NCBI GenBank assembly: GCA_963758915.1
Contig: CAVWXH010000001.1
Location: 1 to 62,558 of the forward strand
Length of the DNA stretch: 62,558 nucleotides
Reading direction: 5' to 3'
Source: an uncultured Methanomicrobiales archaeon
GTDB lineage: Archaea; Halobacteriota; Methanomicrobia; Methanomicrobiales; Methanospirillaceae
Positions within the stretch are counted from its first letter, which is position 1. Each line of letters opens with the position of its first letter. Below are positions 10,169 to 20,641 of this stretch, in pieces. The notes under the pieces were generated by a model. The model did not search any database. It was given only the letters and a program-made list of their open reading frames with translations, and was not told where the DNA came from. A program made the translations under genes and the position numbers.

Positions 10169-11329
10169 GTGAGATCCCGTCGAATTTCAATACTTATACT
10201 GGTCATCATTCTTTGTATCTTTTCCAGCTGCGTGGTCGCGGCCTCACCCCAATCAGTGGGAAAGTGGGCGGTTCCCGGTCATGACCTGGTAACAAAGCCT
10301 TCATCGGAAGGACCGGTGGGCCTTAAAGGCAACCTGATCAGGAATGGTGTAGCCGCAAATGTCGCTGTTTCAGAACCGGATAACGAATTAAAAGCCAGGT
10401 ACAATTTCCAGTATCGGAATATTTCCGCAACCGGGTGGGGATATGCGACACCAGGTAACAGGCCGTGGCCTTCGTCACAGGTAATTTCCTTATCCCTTGG
10501 CGGAACCGAAATTATCCAGGGGACCGGGACTGTCAGGTGTGTCGATAGTGAAGGAGGCATTTTTGGGATCATTACCAGCGAGGGCTATCATTATCTCCCT
10601 TCAAACCTCCCGAAACAATATGCAAAAGACGGGCTTAATGTTCAATTCAAAGCATACAAAATGCCGATTAATCCTGCCTATCGTATGTGGGGCAGTCCGA
10701 TACGGATCATCTCCATTTCCCCGGACCCGGTAAATGAAGGAGTAATCGAAACTACCGGCACCGTGGAATGGGTACCGCTTGAAGGAGGTTTTTATGGCAT
10801 CATTGCAGATGACGGCACACAATACGACCCCCTGAACCTCCCGAAAGAATATGCAAAGGACGGGTTCCGGATTGGGTTTACGGCCGTAGAAGAGCAGAAT
10901 ATGGCCAGCATTCATATGTGGGGGACGATTATAACCATTACAGGCACTACACCCATCAGCCAGGATGGGACTTTTTAAAAAGGGTGTACTTGTTGATTAC
11001 AAACGTACCGGTGGTTTTGCAGGGTTTGACGATCACCGGACGGTATTCGAAGACGGGGCCGCTGTGGTTACGACAAAAAACGGAGGGGGCCGCTGTACAC
11101 TATCCTCAGAAGAGTTGAGTGATCTTATAGCACTTTTTGAGTCATCGGGATTTAATTCGGTCAATCAAATAGACCTCCGATGATCAAGGTCAGTGGCAAC
11201 GACTTCTTCTTTTATTCCATTGAATTCAGGGACCATAAGATTAAAGCAATTGAATACGCCTTCCCAGACACACTTGATCCCGTAATCCAAGGTCTCAATA
11301 ACCTCGTGCTCCAGGCAACGGGGAAATAA
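10169..11329 (+). CDS. Exported protein with two tandem repeat domains plus a C-terminal emfourin-like domain; two apparent frameshifts (~10975, ~11175)
   Basis: Signal peptide; repeats GTVRCVDSEGGIFGII...NLPKQYAKDG and GTVEWVPLEGGFYGII...NLPKEYAKDG; continuation YKRTGGFAGFDD... then DFFFYSIEF...LDPVIQGLNNL to TAA at 11327-11329. Confidence 0.55.
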
Positions 11330-11535
11330 TCCCTTTCTCTCTCACGACTCACCGGAAAACGGGAGGCACCCCCGCATTCAATCCATTTTTTATCAGTTTT
11401 ACGAAATGCACGGAACCCTTCATTCCAGCATCGTGGCGAATAGGTCATGGGACTCTTCTGGATAAAATCTCTTCAGACCGCCCGGGGCTTGAAGGATGGA
11501 ACAAAAATGGACAATATCACTCAGTTCTTTTTGGT

Positions 11536-12333
11536 TCATAATACTTCATCCATGCTGCCGCTCCGGTACCCGGCGAGATCGAGCGTCACGTAGGAGATCC
11601 CGATCACTCTGAAGCGATAAAGAACCTCTTCCCTGATCGCAAGCAGTTTTCCAAAGTCTGCAGGGAGGACCTCGATCCTGGCAACCCGGCCGTGCAACCT
11701 GACCCTGAACTGTACGAAGCCTCTATCAGCAATAAATGCCTCTGCCCCTTCAATCATGTGGAGGCTGGCAGGAGTAATCTCATCCCCGTATGGGATTCGT
11801 GACGCGAGGCATGCATCTGATGGCTTATTCCAGACCTCCAGGTCATAATCCCGTGCAATCTGCCGGATCTCTTCCTTGGTAATCCCTGCGATGATGAAGG
11901 GATGGATAATTCCCTCATCAGTTGCAGCAGCAAGCCCGGGCCGGTGCTCACCTGAGTCCGATACATTGATCCCGTCAGCAATACAGGCAAGGTCGTAGCT
12001 CGCTGCCATGGCCTTCAGGAACCCTGCCGAGATTTTTTTGCAGTGATAGCAGCGGTCAGGTGAATTGTTTCGAATGGTTTCGTGTTCCATGTGTGGGACT
12101 TCGACAATATCGAGTGTTATTCCAAGATCGCTCGCGATTTTTTTTGCTTCTGCCACAGCAGCCCTTGATACCAGAGGGCTGTCGAGGAGCACAGAGCGGC
12201 TCCTGTTCCCCAGTATATCACGGGCAAGTACTGCAAGAAGCGTGCTGTCGACACCGCCTGAAAATGAGACAAGCATCGACCCACAGCCAGCGATAACACC
12301 TTCAAGGTCTCTTTTTTTATTTGCAATGGTCAT
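11536..12333 (-). CDS. larE: ATP-dependent sacrificial sulfur transferase LarE
   Basis: SFSGGVDST PP-loop, RCYHCK, HRPG, ACLASRIPYG, GYRSGSM. Confidence 0.93.
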   Translation of the reverse strand: MTIANKKRDLEGVIAGCGSMLVSFSGGVDSTLLAVLARDILGNRSRSVLLDSPLVSRAAVAEAKKIASDLGITLDIVEVPHMEHETIRNNSPDRCYHCKKISAGFLKAMAASYDLACIADGINVSDSGEHRPGLAAATDEGIIHPFIIAGITKEEIRQIARDYDLEVWNKPSDACLASRIPYGDEITPASLHMIEGAEAFIADRGFVQFRVRLHGRVARIEVLPADFGKLLAIREEVLYRFRVIGISYVTLDLAGYRSGSMDEVL

Positions 12334-12394
12334 TGGTCACCAGGATTTGGAAAAAATCAGACTTTTTATACACTACCGTATGGTATAGTCCGGA

Positions 12395-12739
12395 TCAGAT
12401 GCTGCAAGGCCCCTTTCCGTCTTCAGTACCAGCGCACTGGTTCTCCTCGCCTTCACGGAGCTGTCGGCAGATCACGCATATCCGCTTGACAAGGTTTACC
12501 TCCTTTTTATCTTTTAAGTCCTCTGCAAGATGTTCGATAGATCGCTTGACATCGTTCTCAAACTCGATCCGGTATCCACGCTTCCCTGAAAGATACTGCG
12601 AGACGGCAGACGGGGCAATCCCGAGCATCCGTGATGCTTCAACCTGGGAGACCCCGCATTTCACAAGTTCAACGGCAATAGCCGCCCGGATAGCAGGTAA
12701 TATGTCCCAGACTACTTTCTGACATGGAGCTTCCATCAC
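12395..12739 (-). CDS. Archaeal HTH transcriptional regulator (XRE-like, Cys-containing)
   Basis: PCQ...LPAIRA...SQVEASRMLGIAPSAVSQYLSGKRG...ICVIC. Confidence 0.88.
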   Translation of the reverse strand: MMEAPCQKVVWDILPAIRAAIAVELVKCGVSQVEASRMLGIAPSAVSQYLSGKRGYRIEFENDVKRSIEHLAEDLKDKKEVNLVKRICVICRQLREGEENQCAGTEDGKGPCSI

Positions 12740-12892
12740 ATCACAACCATTATGTTATCTGAAGCGTGAGATAATAACAATGTATTCACAATTGTGAATG
12801 CATGTTATATAAGAAAAAGATTCTGTCCTACAATTGGAGGTGCCCCGGGGTCTAAAACCTCTTATTGGGTATGCTCCAATGCCCCTCCCTGG

Positions 12893-13831
12893 TCAGACGA
12901 CGATATTGGTATCAGAAAACGGCTTGATTTTTATCAGGATATAGTCACGCATGCGTGAGGGCCTGACATCCGCAACAGCCCCGATTGTTATGCCGTTTTC
13001 GATCTCGCATTCCCTGACGAGTCCTGCGTACATGTCATACGGTAACTTGATGCGGAGCCCGGCTATCTGGACTGTTATCGGGGTCGGGGATGTTACGTCT
13101 TCAATGTCCGGGACCTGTTCCGTAATTATGTCCATGAGCCGTGCCGGGGAAACCGAGAGCGGGTCCTTTGCAATCTCTTCCCGCCGGGCGTCAAGGACAC
13201 GGGTGATTTCGGCAACGATTTCCTCCAGCTTCTCAATCTCCTCAGACTCTTTCGTCCTGTGCATGAACCTGCCCACGTTCCCCACGTAGCCGGAAACCGG
13301 CGGGTCGATGATCTTCTCGAGTGCCTCCTTCGAAGGACCCCCGCAGACGACGATCGGGACTTCAATACCCCTCCTCAGGACAGGTAGTTTTTTCTCGATG
13401 CATGTCTCGAAATTGCCGAGCATGAAAAGTGCGAGGTCATGTTCGTTAATCACGTCACGTTCCTCGTCGTTCAGCTGGGCAATCCTCTTCCCGAATCCTC
13501 TTGCGAGCCCGACCATGTTGGTCTTCGCACCATTTCTCCTGATATATTCAGCCACGTCACAAGAGGCATGGGGGAGGTGGTGGATCTCAAGGCTCATGGT
13601 GACAACGGCGATCTCAGTCCCCACCAGCGATGCGGGGAGGATATCGCCCATGAGGGGTTTTCCGATGGCGCGGATGAGTTCGATGTCATCCCGTGGTACG
13701 AGTGCCTGGAGGACTACTTCCTGTGCGACGAAATGTTTCTGGATAATATAGCCGCCGACATCCTCGATAAGATCCACGATCTCATCGTGGCGGTATATTC
13801 CACCTTTGTACGTAACCGGGACAAGGATCAC
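12893..13831 (-). CDS. mmp7: Methanogenesis marker protein 7
   Basis: YKGGIYRH, HHLPHASCDVAEYIRRNGAKTNMVGLARG; position in marker operon. Confidence 0.92.
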   Translation of the reverse strand: MILVPVTYKGGIYRHDEIVDLIEDVGGYIIQKHFVAQEVVLQALVPRDDIELIRAIGKPLMGDILPASLVGTEIAVVTMSLEIHHLPHASCDVAEYIRRNGAKTNMVGLARGFGKRIAQLNDEERDVINEHDLALFMLGNFETCIEKKLPVLRRGIEVPIVVCGGPSKEALEKIIDPPVSGYVGNVGRFMHRTKESEEIEKLEEIVAEITRVLDARREEIAKDPLSVSPARLMDIITEQVPDIEDVTSPTPITVQIAGLRIKLPYDMYAGLVRECEIENGITIGAVADVRPSRMRDYILIKIKPFSDTNIVV

Positions 13832-14409
13832 AGGCTCTCACCCATTAATCTGAATTTTTCTGAAAGGAGCGGGGTAATGTCCTCATCAATTGTATTTTCA
13901 CTCGCGACATAGTAGAACTTCCCGTTTCCATAGTATTGCCGCCGTACCTTGAAGCCTTCCGGGGCAATGGTCTGCATCGCATAGATCAGGTCTTTGTACA
14001 GGGCCTCACTCGGGTCACTCACGACCATGTCAGGCAGGCCCTCTGATTCATTTCGTTCGATCGGCATGACGATTGTCAGCCTGTCCGGCTGGTCAACCCT
14101 GGCCTGCCCGAATTTATCCCAGAGTATTTTTAGCAGCGGTGCGAGGTACGCTTCATTGGCGATCGATATCGTCACCTTGTTGTCCTCGATATTCAGGTCG
14201 GAAAAATCCCTGACCGTAACAAGACCTGGCAATTTCCTTGTAGTGCCTGCGGCTGCAAATATCGGGACTGACGGGTCAATGAACACATGGATCTTTGCCA
14301 CGACCCTGACGAGATCATGGTCCAGGAGCACCGTGGAGACGATCCGCTGGTAGTACTCACCCCCGAGGGGTTCCGGACATTCTACCTCAAAATAATCGAG
14401 CGCCCCCAT
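13828..14409 (-). CDS. mmp17: Methanogenesis marker protein 17
   Basis: VECPEPLGGEYY, APEGFKVRR, YVASE; between mmp15 and mmp7. Confidence 0.9.
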   Translation of the reverse strand: MGALDYFEVECPEPLGGEYYQRIVSTVLLDHDLVRVVAKIHVFIDPSVPIFAAAGTTRKLPGLVTVRDFSDLNIEDNKVTISIANEAYLAPLLKILWDKFGQARVDQPDRLTIVMPIERNESEGLPDMVVSDPSEALYKDLIYAMQTIAPEGFKVRRQYYGNGKFYYVASENTIDEDITPLLSEKFRLMGESL

Positions 14410-15648
14410 CTACTTCTCCCTGATGAACCCGGATGAAAGGAGTGCAGAACCCACCGCACCAATATACTGCGAATAGGGGGGTACGACGATCTCAGTCTGC
14501 AACAGTTCCCCCATCGCAAATACAAGCCCCTTGATCAACGATGTTCCACCTACCATGATCACGGGCTCCCTGATGTCCACTTCCTGCAACTGCTGCTCAA
14601 ACACCTGTTCAGCAACGCTGTGGCAGGCGGCAGCAGCTACATCTTCCTTTGAACTCCCGGCTGCAAGGGCGTTTACAAGGCTCTGGGTACCAAAAACGAT
14701 ACAATAGCTGTTCATTGCTACCTGCTTTGACATCCCTTTGAGCGCAAGAGGCCCGAGCTCAGTGATATCGACACCAAGGCGCTTCGCGGTCATTTCAAGG
14801 AACCTGCCACTTGCCCCTGCGCAGATACCGCCCATGGTAAACGTCCCCGGGATACCATCCTGTACGCTGATCGCCTTGTTGTCCATCCCGCCGATATCGA
14901 TTACGGTCGAAGGCCCGTGCTGGCAGTCTGCAAGGAATACCGCACCCTTGGAGTTCACCGTCAGTTCTTCCTGGATAAGGTCCGCCTTGATCTTCTCCCC
15001 GACAAGGAACCTGCCGTACCCGGTCGTGCCGACAGCCTGGATCTCTTCCCGTTTAACTCCTGCCATATCGAGTGCCTGTTGTATCGCGGCATTGGAACTT
15101 TCGAGCACATCGGTCGTTGGTAACCACCCGGTACCGATAATTTGGTTATCCCTCATCACCACAGCCTTCGTAGTACTGGAGCCTGAATCCAGCCCAAGAG
15201 TAAGCCCGACCTGGGTCTCCCTCGCAAGCAGTGCTCTCCGCCGTGCGATGGTGGTCAGGGCCTCCATCCGTGTTAGTAAGGTCCCCGATGTGGTACGTTC
15301 GGTAAATGAATAGCTTACGACCGGGAGCTTGGAGTTCTCATGGATGTACCTCCTGAGCTCGTTCCGGACAATAGCCGCCTCGGCACAGCGGAAACAGGTC
15401 GCGATAAAGACTGCATCAGCCTCGACCCGCCCCTCAACAAGTGCCTTTGCACGGGCAATTGCCAGCTTGAGGTCAGGGCTGCGGACATCAAGGCCAAACG
15501 CGGTGAAATCCCGTTTGATATCTGCGAGACTGATATCCGGGTAAAAAATCTCTGCATCAACCGCTTTGGCAGCCTGGTCAATCTCTTTCTGGACCCCACT
15601 ATATTCAGGACCGCATGAGAGTTGTGCAATACGTACAGGGGTGGTCAT
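14410..15648 (-). CDS. mmp15: Methanogenesis marker protein 15 (CoA-substrate activase-like ASKHA ATPase)
   Basis: [57 protein letters not shown]. Confidence 0.95.
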   Translation of the reverse strand: MTTPVRIAQLSCGPEYSGVQKEIDQAAKAVDAEIFYPDISLADIKRDFTAFGLDVRSPDLKLAIARAKALVEGRVEADAVFIATCFRCAEAAIVRNELRRYIHENSKLPVVSYSFTERTTSGTLLTRMEALTTIARRRALLARETQVGLTLGLDSGSSTTKAVVMRDNQIIGTGWLPTTDVLESSNAAIQQALDMAGVKREEIQAVGTTGYGRFLVGEKIKADLIQEELTVNSKGAVFLADCQHGPSTVIDIGGMDNKAISVQDGIPGTFTMGGICAGASGRFLEMTAKRLGVDITELGPLALKGMSKQVAMNSYCIVFGTQSLVNALAAGSSKEDVAAAACHSVAEQVFEQQLQEVDIREPVIMVGGTSLIKGLVFAMGELLQTEIVVPPYSQYIGAVGSALLSSGFIREK

Positions 15649-16091
15649 TTCGTCCTCCCTAGTCCAACAAGGAAATCCCTGATCGCTGCAACAAACTCTG
15701 CCCCTTCTGCATCAGTTTTTGGATAATTCAGTTCCAGCACAGGAATATCGCGTTTCTTCAGAAGGAATATGATCAGTTCGTTCGTCCGGGCACAACCCAT
15801 ACAACCGAAGGCAAGATCGGCATCGTGGATGATGATACCGGCTTCAGCGTCCTCGATCATCGGGCCATAGAGTGACATCCGGCCCCTGACACCCGAGGGG
15901 ACCTCAACAGCTGCGTATTTAAGGCCTTTTTTAGGGTCTTCCGGGCTTATCTGGAGAGGGGGGGATTCAAGACCTGCGGTCTGGATATGTTCCCGTATTG
16001 ACTGGGCCGCACTCAGGGGTGTGTGGCCGAACCGGGCAACAAGGTCAGAGAGGATCAGGCTGGTAGCGGGATAAATAAAAACTTTCGCCAT
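15645..16091 (-). CDS. mmp5: Methanogenesis marker protein 5
   Basis: [34 protein letters not shown]. Confidence 0.95.
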   Translation of the reverse strand: MAKVFIYPATSLILSDLVARFGHTPLSAAQSIREHIQTAGLESPPLQISPEDPKKGLKYAAVEVPSGVRGRMSLYGPMIEDAEAGIIIHDADLAFGCMGCARTNELIIFLLKKRDIPVLELNYPKTDAEGAEFVAAIRDFLVGLGRTK

Positions 16092-16095
16092 GTTT

Positions 16096-16554
16096 TCAGG
16101 GCTCCTGTGCTTCGACTATTTTTTTCAGCTTGTCAATATCGAGTTTCGATTCCGGACCCGGAGTTGGCGGGTGAGGAATCGATGTTATATCACGTTCGGG
16201 GAGTGCGTGGAGCCCGTACGAGACGTGGCGGATAAGGGAAATTTCGAATTCATGCCCGAAAAACCCGGGCCTCGCACCGCCAAGGTTCGCACGACAGCGC
16301 CGCGGGTCCCCGGGGGGGAACCCCCTGTCTTTTACAAAGATATGATCGGGATCAAGCTCCCGTAATGCAGTGATTATTTTCTCCACTCCCTCTGCAGTTC
16401 CCGTGACCTGGAGCCCAAAACAGGTCTCCTTGATCATCGCACCTTCCGAGATCTCGTATGCCCTGACGGCCAGGTCCTGTGGTGTCATCTCCGGTGACTC
16501 CACGAATACGTATTTCGTCACCGTACCCTGGTAACGGGGTATGTATGCACTCAT
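16096..16554 (-). CDS. mmp6: Methanogenesis marker protein 6
   Basis: IKETCFG, HIFVKDRGFPPGDPRRCRA..GGARPGF. Confidence 0.93.
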   Translation of the reverse strand: MSAYIPRYQGTVTKYVFVESPEMTPQDLAVRAYEISEGAMIKETCFGLQVTGTAEGVEKIITALRELDPDHIFVKDRGFPPGDPRRCRANLGGARPGFFGHEFEISLIRHVSYGLHALPERDITSIPHPPTPGPESKLDIDKLKKIVEAQEP

Positions 16555-18077
16555 CCCTTCACCTCCCTGATAAAAACGATATCTTTCTCCCTGATATTTT
16601 TCAGCACGCCGGGGTTCGTGACCCTGCCGATAATATTGGTCCCCTCAAACGGCTCTGATGTCGGCCCGAACTCTTTATGGGGTGATACCCTGATCCCGAC
16701 AAGCCCTACCCCTTTCCTTGCCTCATTGGTCATGGCCAGGGCGCCTGCCGGTACCTCGTCCTGCGGGGTGTTTTCAGGGATAATTTTCACGCTTTTCGGT
16801 ATTAGCGGCTTGAAAAGGTATACATCGTCAAAAATAAAAAAAGCCGGTACCTGCCCGACATTATGTGACCAGAGGCCAGTAAGGAAACGGAATATCTCAC
16901 AGGTCTCCGGTGCATTTACATCATCGAGGACAATGTCAATCACCCTGGAGAGTGGTTCGGTAACCAGTGATACCGTTCCCCCCGCAAGGACCTCGAGCGT
17001 AGTCCCCGGGACCTGCCCGACAACGACACGGTCACCTTCCTGGTTATCAACGTGGGTTTTAATTCCTCTTGCTGCCGCTGTCTTCAGGGCATCCCCGAGC
17101 GGGAGTCCGATCAGGTCAAACCGTGGTGGTGATGCCTTTACAGAGAATATATTACCCGCCTTTGCAAGACGGGCAATTTCTATCCCGTGGACCACCTGGG
17201 CAACTACCGTATGGGCAGGGTTACTCGGGACATCAGCCGTGTATATATACACGGCACCCTTTGCCTGGCCCTTTGTACGGACGGTTACGGTACCCTCCCG
17301 TCTTGGCCCCTTCAACTCCGGGGGCACATCAATCTGGGTCCGGCGGCCATCAAAAATGTGGGTGCTCGCGGCCCTTCCTACATGAAACGTCCCGTCTTCC
17401 AGTGCGAGGAGCAGGTGTTCGACACTTGCTGCGCAATTCGTAACAATATGGTCCTCCTCGTACCCCTGCACGGAGAGATCAACGTGGGTAACAATCTGCA
17501 TCCCCTCTTCAAGCAGGATGTCCGGGTCAGTCGTAGTGAAAGAACGGGTGGTGTCGGCCCATGCGATAACAGGGACCACTTCCGTTACCCTGTCCCCCGT
17601 GCCCCAATGGTCCAGCACCCCCCGGCCGGACACCACTCTTCCGACCACTCCCCCGTTTTCACCGGTGCCGTGGTCTGCGGAATGCCGCATCCTTGAGAAA
17701 ATGAGGTATGACTGTTTCGGATCATATCCCCCGCACCCAAGTATGAGGTCCCCCCGCTCGTACAGATGGGGTCTCCTGTCCGGGACAATTTCAGAAGGGA
17801 ACGGACCGAAAGCGGCACTATACCGGTCTTCCCAGTGCAGTTTCAGGCGTTCTATAAAACCGGGACCTTCCAGGGGTATACGGCCCGATGAAGGAATTTC
17901 GACCCGTATTTCACCTTTCGAGGTCAGAAACTGAAGGTTCTCTGTTGTTTCCTTTTGCTGCGTACCCGGCCGGATCACTGCCACACAACAGAGCGGGTCC
18001 CTCCCGGTGATCACCGAAGCGAGCCTGCTTCCCTCTGGCACCTCAAGGCTCTCCCCGTCTACCCGGATCCTGACCAT
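16551..18077 (-). CDS. mmp3: Methanogenesis marker protein 3 (cyclophilin-like folds)
   Basis: AAFGPF, GAVYIY, HTVVAQV, PENTP, EFGPTSEPFEGTNIIG. Confidence 0.92.
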   Translation of the reverse strand: MVRIRVDGESLEVPEGSRLASVITGRDPLCCVAVIRPGTQQKETTENLQFLTSKGEIRVEIPSSGRIPLEGPGFIERLKLHWEDRYSAAFGPFPSEIVPDRRPHLYERGDLILGCGGYDPKQSYLIFSRMRHSADHGTGENGGVVGRVVSGRGVLDHWGTGDRVTEVVPVIAWADTTRSFTTTDPDILLEEGMQIVTHVDLSVQGYEEDHIVTNCAASVEHLLLALEDGTFHVGRAASTHIFDGRRTQIDVPPELKGPRREGTVTVRTKGQAKGAVYIYTADVPSNPAHTVVAQVVHGIEIARLAKAGNIFSVKASPPRFDLIGLPLGDALKTAAARGIKTHVDNQEGDRVVVGQVPGTTLEVLAGGTVSLVTEPLSRVIDIVLDDVNAPETCEIFRFLTGLWSHNVGQVPAFFIFDDVYLFKPLIPKSVKIIPENTPQDEVPAGALAMTNEARKGVGLVGIRVSPHKEFGPTSEPFEGTNIIGRVTNPGVLKNIREKDIVFIREVKG

Positions 18078-18095
18078 CTTCGTCTCCCGCCTGGC

Positions 18096-19709
18096 TCAGG
18101 TCGCTGCCGGCTTACTCATGACTTCACGTTCTTCTTCCGTGAGGGTTGCAAGTACCTCAGCGGTCTTTCCAATTGCAACAATTTTGCCCCCCCGCATCAG
18201 TGCCAACCGGTCACAGACTTCTCTCACAAACTCCATGTCATGGGAAACGACAATGAAGGTCTCCTCCATCTCGTCCCGTGAATGCAGTATTGAGTGTTTT
18301 ACATCGAGTTTTGTGATAGGGTCCATTGTCCCTGTCGGTTCGTCCAGTACGACAAGTCGTGGCTCGCGGATCAGTACCTGGGCGAGTGCCACCCGGTGTC
18401 GTTCCCCTTCGGAAAGCTGTGACGGGTAGCGGTCAAGGATCTCCCTGCTCTTCTCTTCGGAAAAGCCTGACATCCGGAGCGTAATAACTGCTTTTCGTAT
18501 CGCGAGCTCTTTAGGGAATTCAAGACCGATCGCATCGGTGAGGTTATCAAGCACCGTCCGGTGTGGGAACAGGTCATATTCCTGGTGGAGCAGCCCGATA
18601 TAACCCTTGGCCCGTCCCCGGTACTCAATTCCCGGTTTTGTCATATCGATCCATTCGTCCCCGATTTTAATGTTCATTTCACCGGATGTAGGCTCGATGA
18701 TCCCGGAAATGATCCGCGAAAGCGTGGTCTTTCCTGCGCCACTTTTACCGATGATACCAAAAATTTCCTTGGTAAAGACATCGAACGTAACTCCGTTCAC
18801 AGCCTTTACCACCCCGCGGTCAACAGAGATGTACCGTTTGATGACGTCCCTTGCAGAGAGGATCTGTTCACCAATCTCGGCTGCCGCGAATTCCTCCTGG
18901 TCATTGTAGTCCTTCATGAACTGTTGTATGACCTCGGCAGGAGTGCCCAGTGCAGTAATCTTTCCATCCTCAAGGAGCATTGCCCTGTCAGCAACATCCT
19001 CGATGACCTGCGAGAAATGGGAGGTGACGACCATTCCCATGTTCTCCAATCTTGCAGCCTCGAGAAGCATGGCATGGACAACTTTCGCGGTGCCGGGGTC
19101 AAGGGTACCGGTCGGTTCATCTGCAAAAAGGACGAACGGCTCTTTCGCCAGCTGGCGGGCGAGTACTACCCGCTGTTTTTCACCGCCGGAAAGGTCACGG
19201 GCGATATGCATCATCCGGTGGGAGAGGCGGACCTGGTCAAGGAGGTCTGCCGCACGGTTGATGGACTTATCAACCGGGTAATTGATATCATCGAGTGCAT
19301 GAAGGACGTTTTCGATAACCCTGTCGTCCCCGTAGAGTGCAAACGTCCTCTGGAACATGATCGCCGTACGGTTCATAATACGGCGTTTCATAGCGGTATT
19401 GGCCTCATTCCAGAAATCAACGTCGAGCGATTTGAGAGTTCCACCACACGTTGGACATACCTTGCCGTTTTTGCTTGGTACATCAAGGTAATCGCAGCCA
19501 GTACATGCCGCAACATGGTAGATGATCGCTCCGCTCGTCGGTGGTGTCTCCACCCCTCTCATGAGCTGCATCAGGACTGTTTTCCCAGCGCCGCTCCTGC
19601 CGATAATTCCAAGTATTTCTCCTTCTGAAAGTTCAAAAGAAATGGTATTGAGGATTCGTTTTCCGTCAAAATCCATGCACAGATTTTTAACGGTTATCAG
19701 TGGGGCCAT
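18096..19709 (-). CDS. atwA: Methyl-coenzyme M reductase system component A2 (dual ABC ATPase)
   Basis: Two ABC cassettes (GRSGAGKT, GKSGAGKT), CxxC...CxxC insert, HIARDLSGGEKQR; heads the marker operon. Confidence 0.95.
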   Translation of the reverse strand: MAPLITVKNLCMDFDGKRILNTISFELSEGEILGIIGRSGAGKTVLMQLMRGVETPPTSGAIIYHVAACTGCDYLDVPSKNGKVCPTCGGTLKSLDVDFWNEANTAMKRRIMNRTAIMFQRTFALYGDDRVIENVLHALDDINYPVDKSINRAADLLDQVRLSHRMMHIARDLSGGEKQRVVLARQLAKEPFVLFADEPTGTLDPGTAKVVHAMLLEAARLENMGMVVTSHFSQVIEDVADRAMLLEDGKITALGTPAEVIQQFMKDYNDQEEFAAAEIGEQILSARDVIKRYISVDRGVVKAVNGVTFDVFTKEIFGIIGKSGAGKTTLSRIISGIIEPTSGEMNIKIGDEWIDMTKPGIEYRGRAKGYIGLLHQEYDLFPHRTVLDNLTDAIGLEFPKELAIRKAVITLRMSGFSEEKSREILDRYPSQLSEGERHRVALAQVLIREPRLVVLDEPTGTMDPITKLDVKHSILHSRDEMEETFIVVSHDMEFVREVCDRLALMRGGKIVAIGKTAEVLATLTEEEREVMSKPAAT

Positions 19710-19774
19710 TCTTCACCTCTTGTAGATCATGTAACGTACGGGCATATTACTTTTTATATACAGATATGTCCGGA

Positions 19775-20587
19775 TCATGAACCCTGGAGTCTTCTCACGA
19801 TCTCGACCACTTCGCTTACGTTCTTCACCACATGTCCCGCCGTCTTGTATAACTCGTCGGGTTTTCCCCCCGCCTGCTCCTCGGTGAGAATTGCAATGTC
19901 TGCTTTTTTCATGGCGCACAGGTCGTTGATGCTGTCCCCGACCATCACCACCTGGTCGAATTCACACTGGAGGTCTGAAACAATCTGCGCCTTCATGGAA
20001 GGTGTCGCGACCCCGTACACCCGGTCACGCGGAATACCCAGGTAATCCGCCATCCGTTCGAGTTTCGCGACCCTGTCACCGGACGCGATGTAGGTAGGAA
20101 CACCCATCCTGTGCAGGGTTGAGATGGCCTCCTTGGCGCCCTCAAACGGCCTTCCCCCGGTTGTAATCGTAAACTCAATGCCGTGTAAGGCCATGTTCAG
20201 GATGACCCCGCTGTTCATCGTCACAACAGCCTCACGGCTGCAGTTTCTCCAGACATCACGGATGCACTGCTGGAGGTCACCGACCAATGCATAGGTGTCA
20301 TTATACAGGGTGTCCCCCACCTCCTCGGCGGCGACGACCTTCCTCGTGCAGCTGATCCCAAACCCGATATTGTTCTCGACAAGGTATGCTGACAGGAGTA
20401 TATCCGGTGGTGTGTCCATTAGCTCTCTCGAATGGAGGTGCATCACCACAAGCACCCGTTCAGGCGAACTGAACGTGAGCATTGTTGTCTCGATACCAGG
20501 TAACAGCTGGTTGTTGAGCACATCTTTTGCCACCCGGTAGGTATGGAGCAGGGTACCGGCACTATCAAAGACTACCGCGACTGACGT
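19775..20587 (-). CDS. HAD family hydrolase (soluble P-type ATPase-like)
   Basis: In-frame upstream extension SVAVVFDSAGTLL supplies HAD motif I; IASGDR and MVGDSINDL motifs; the apparent start codon at 20587 reads ACG. Confidence 0.85.
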   Translation of the reverse strand, partial: TSVAVVFDSAGTLLHTYRVAKDVLNNQLLPGIETTMLTFSSPERVLVVMHLHSRELMDTPPDILLSAYLVENNIGFGISCTRKVVAAEEVGDTLYNDTYALVGDLQQCIRDVWRNCSREAVVTMNSGVILNMALHGIEFTITTGGRPFEGAKEAISTLHRMGVPTYIASGDRVAKLERMADYLGIPRDRVYGVATPSMKAQIVSDLQCEFDQVVMVGDSINDLCAMKKADIAILTEEQAGGKPDELYKTAGHVVKNVSEVVEIVRRLQGS

Positions 20588-20641
20588 TGCAAATCACTCC
20601 CCATAAACTCTTTCTAGTTATTTATCCTTGAATGAAGCTGG

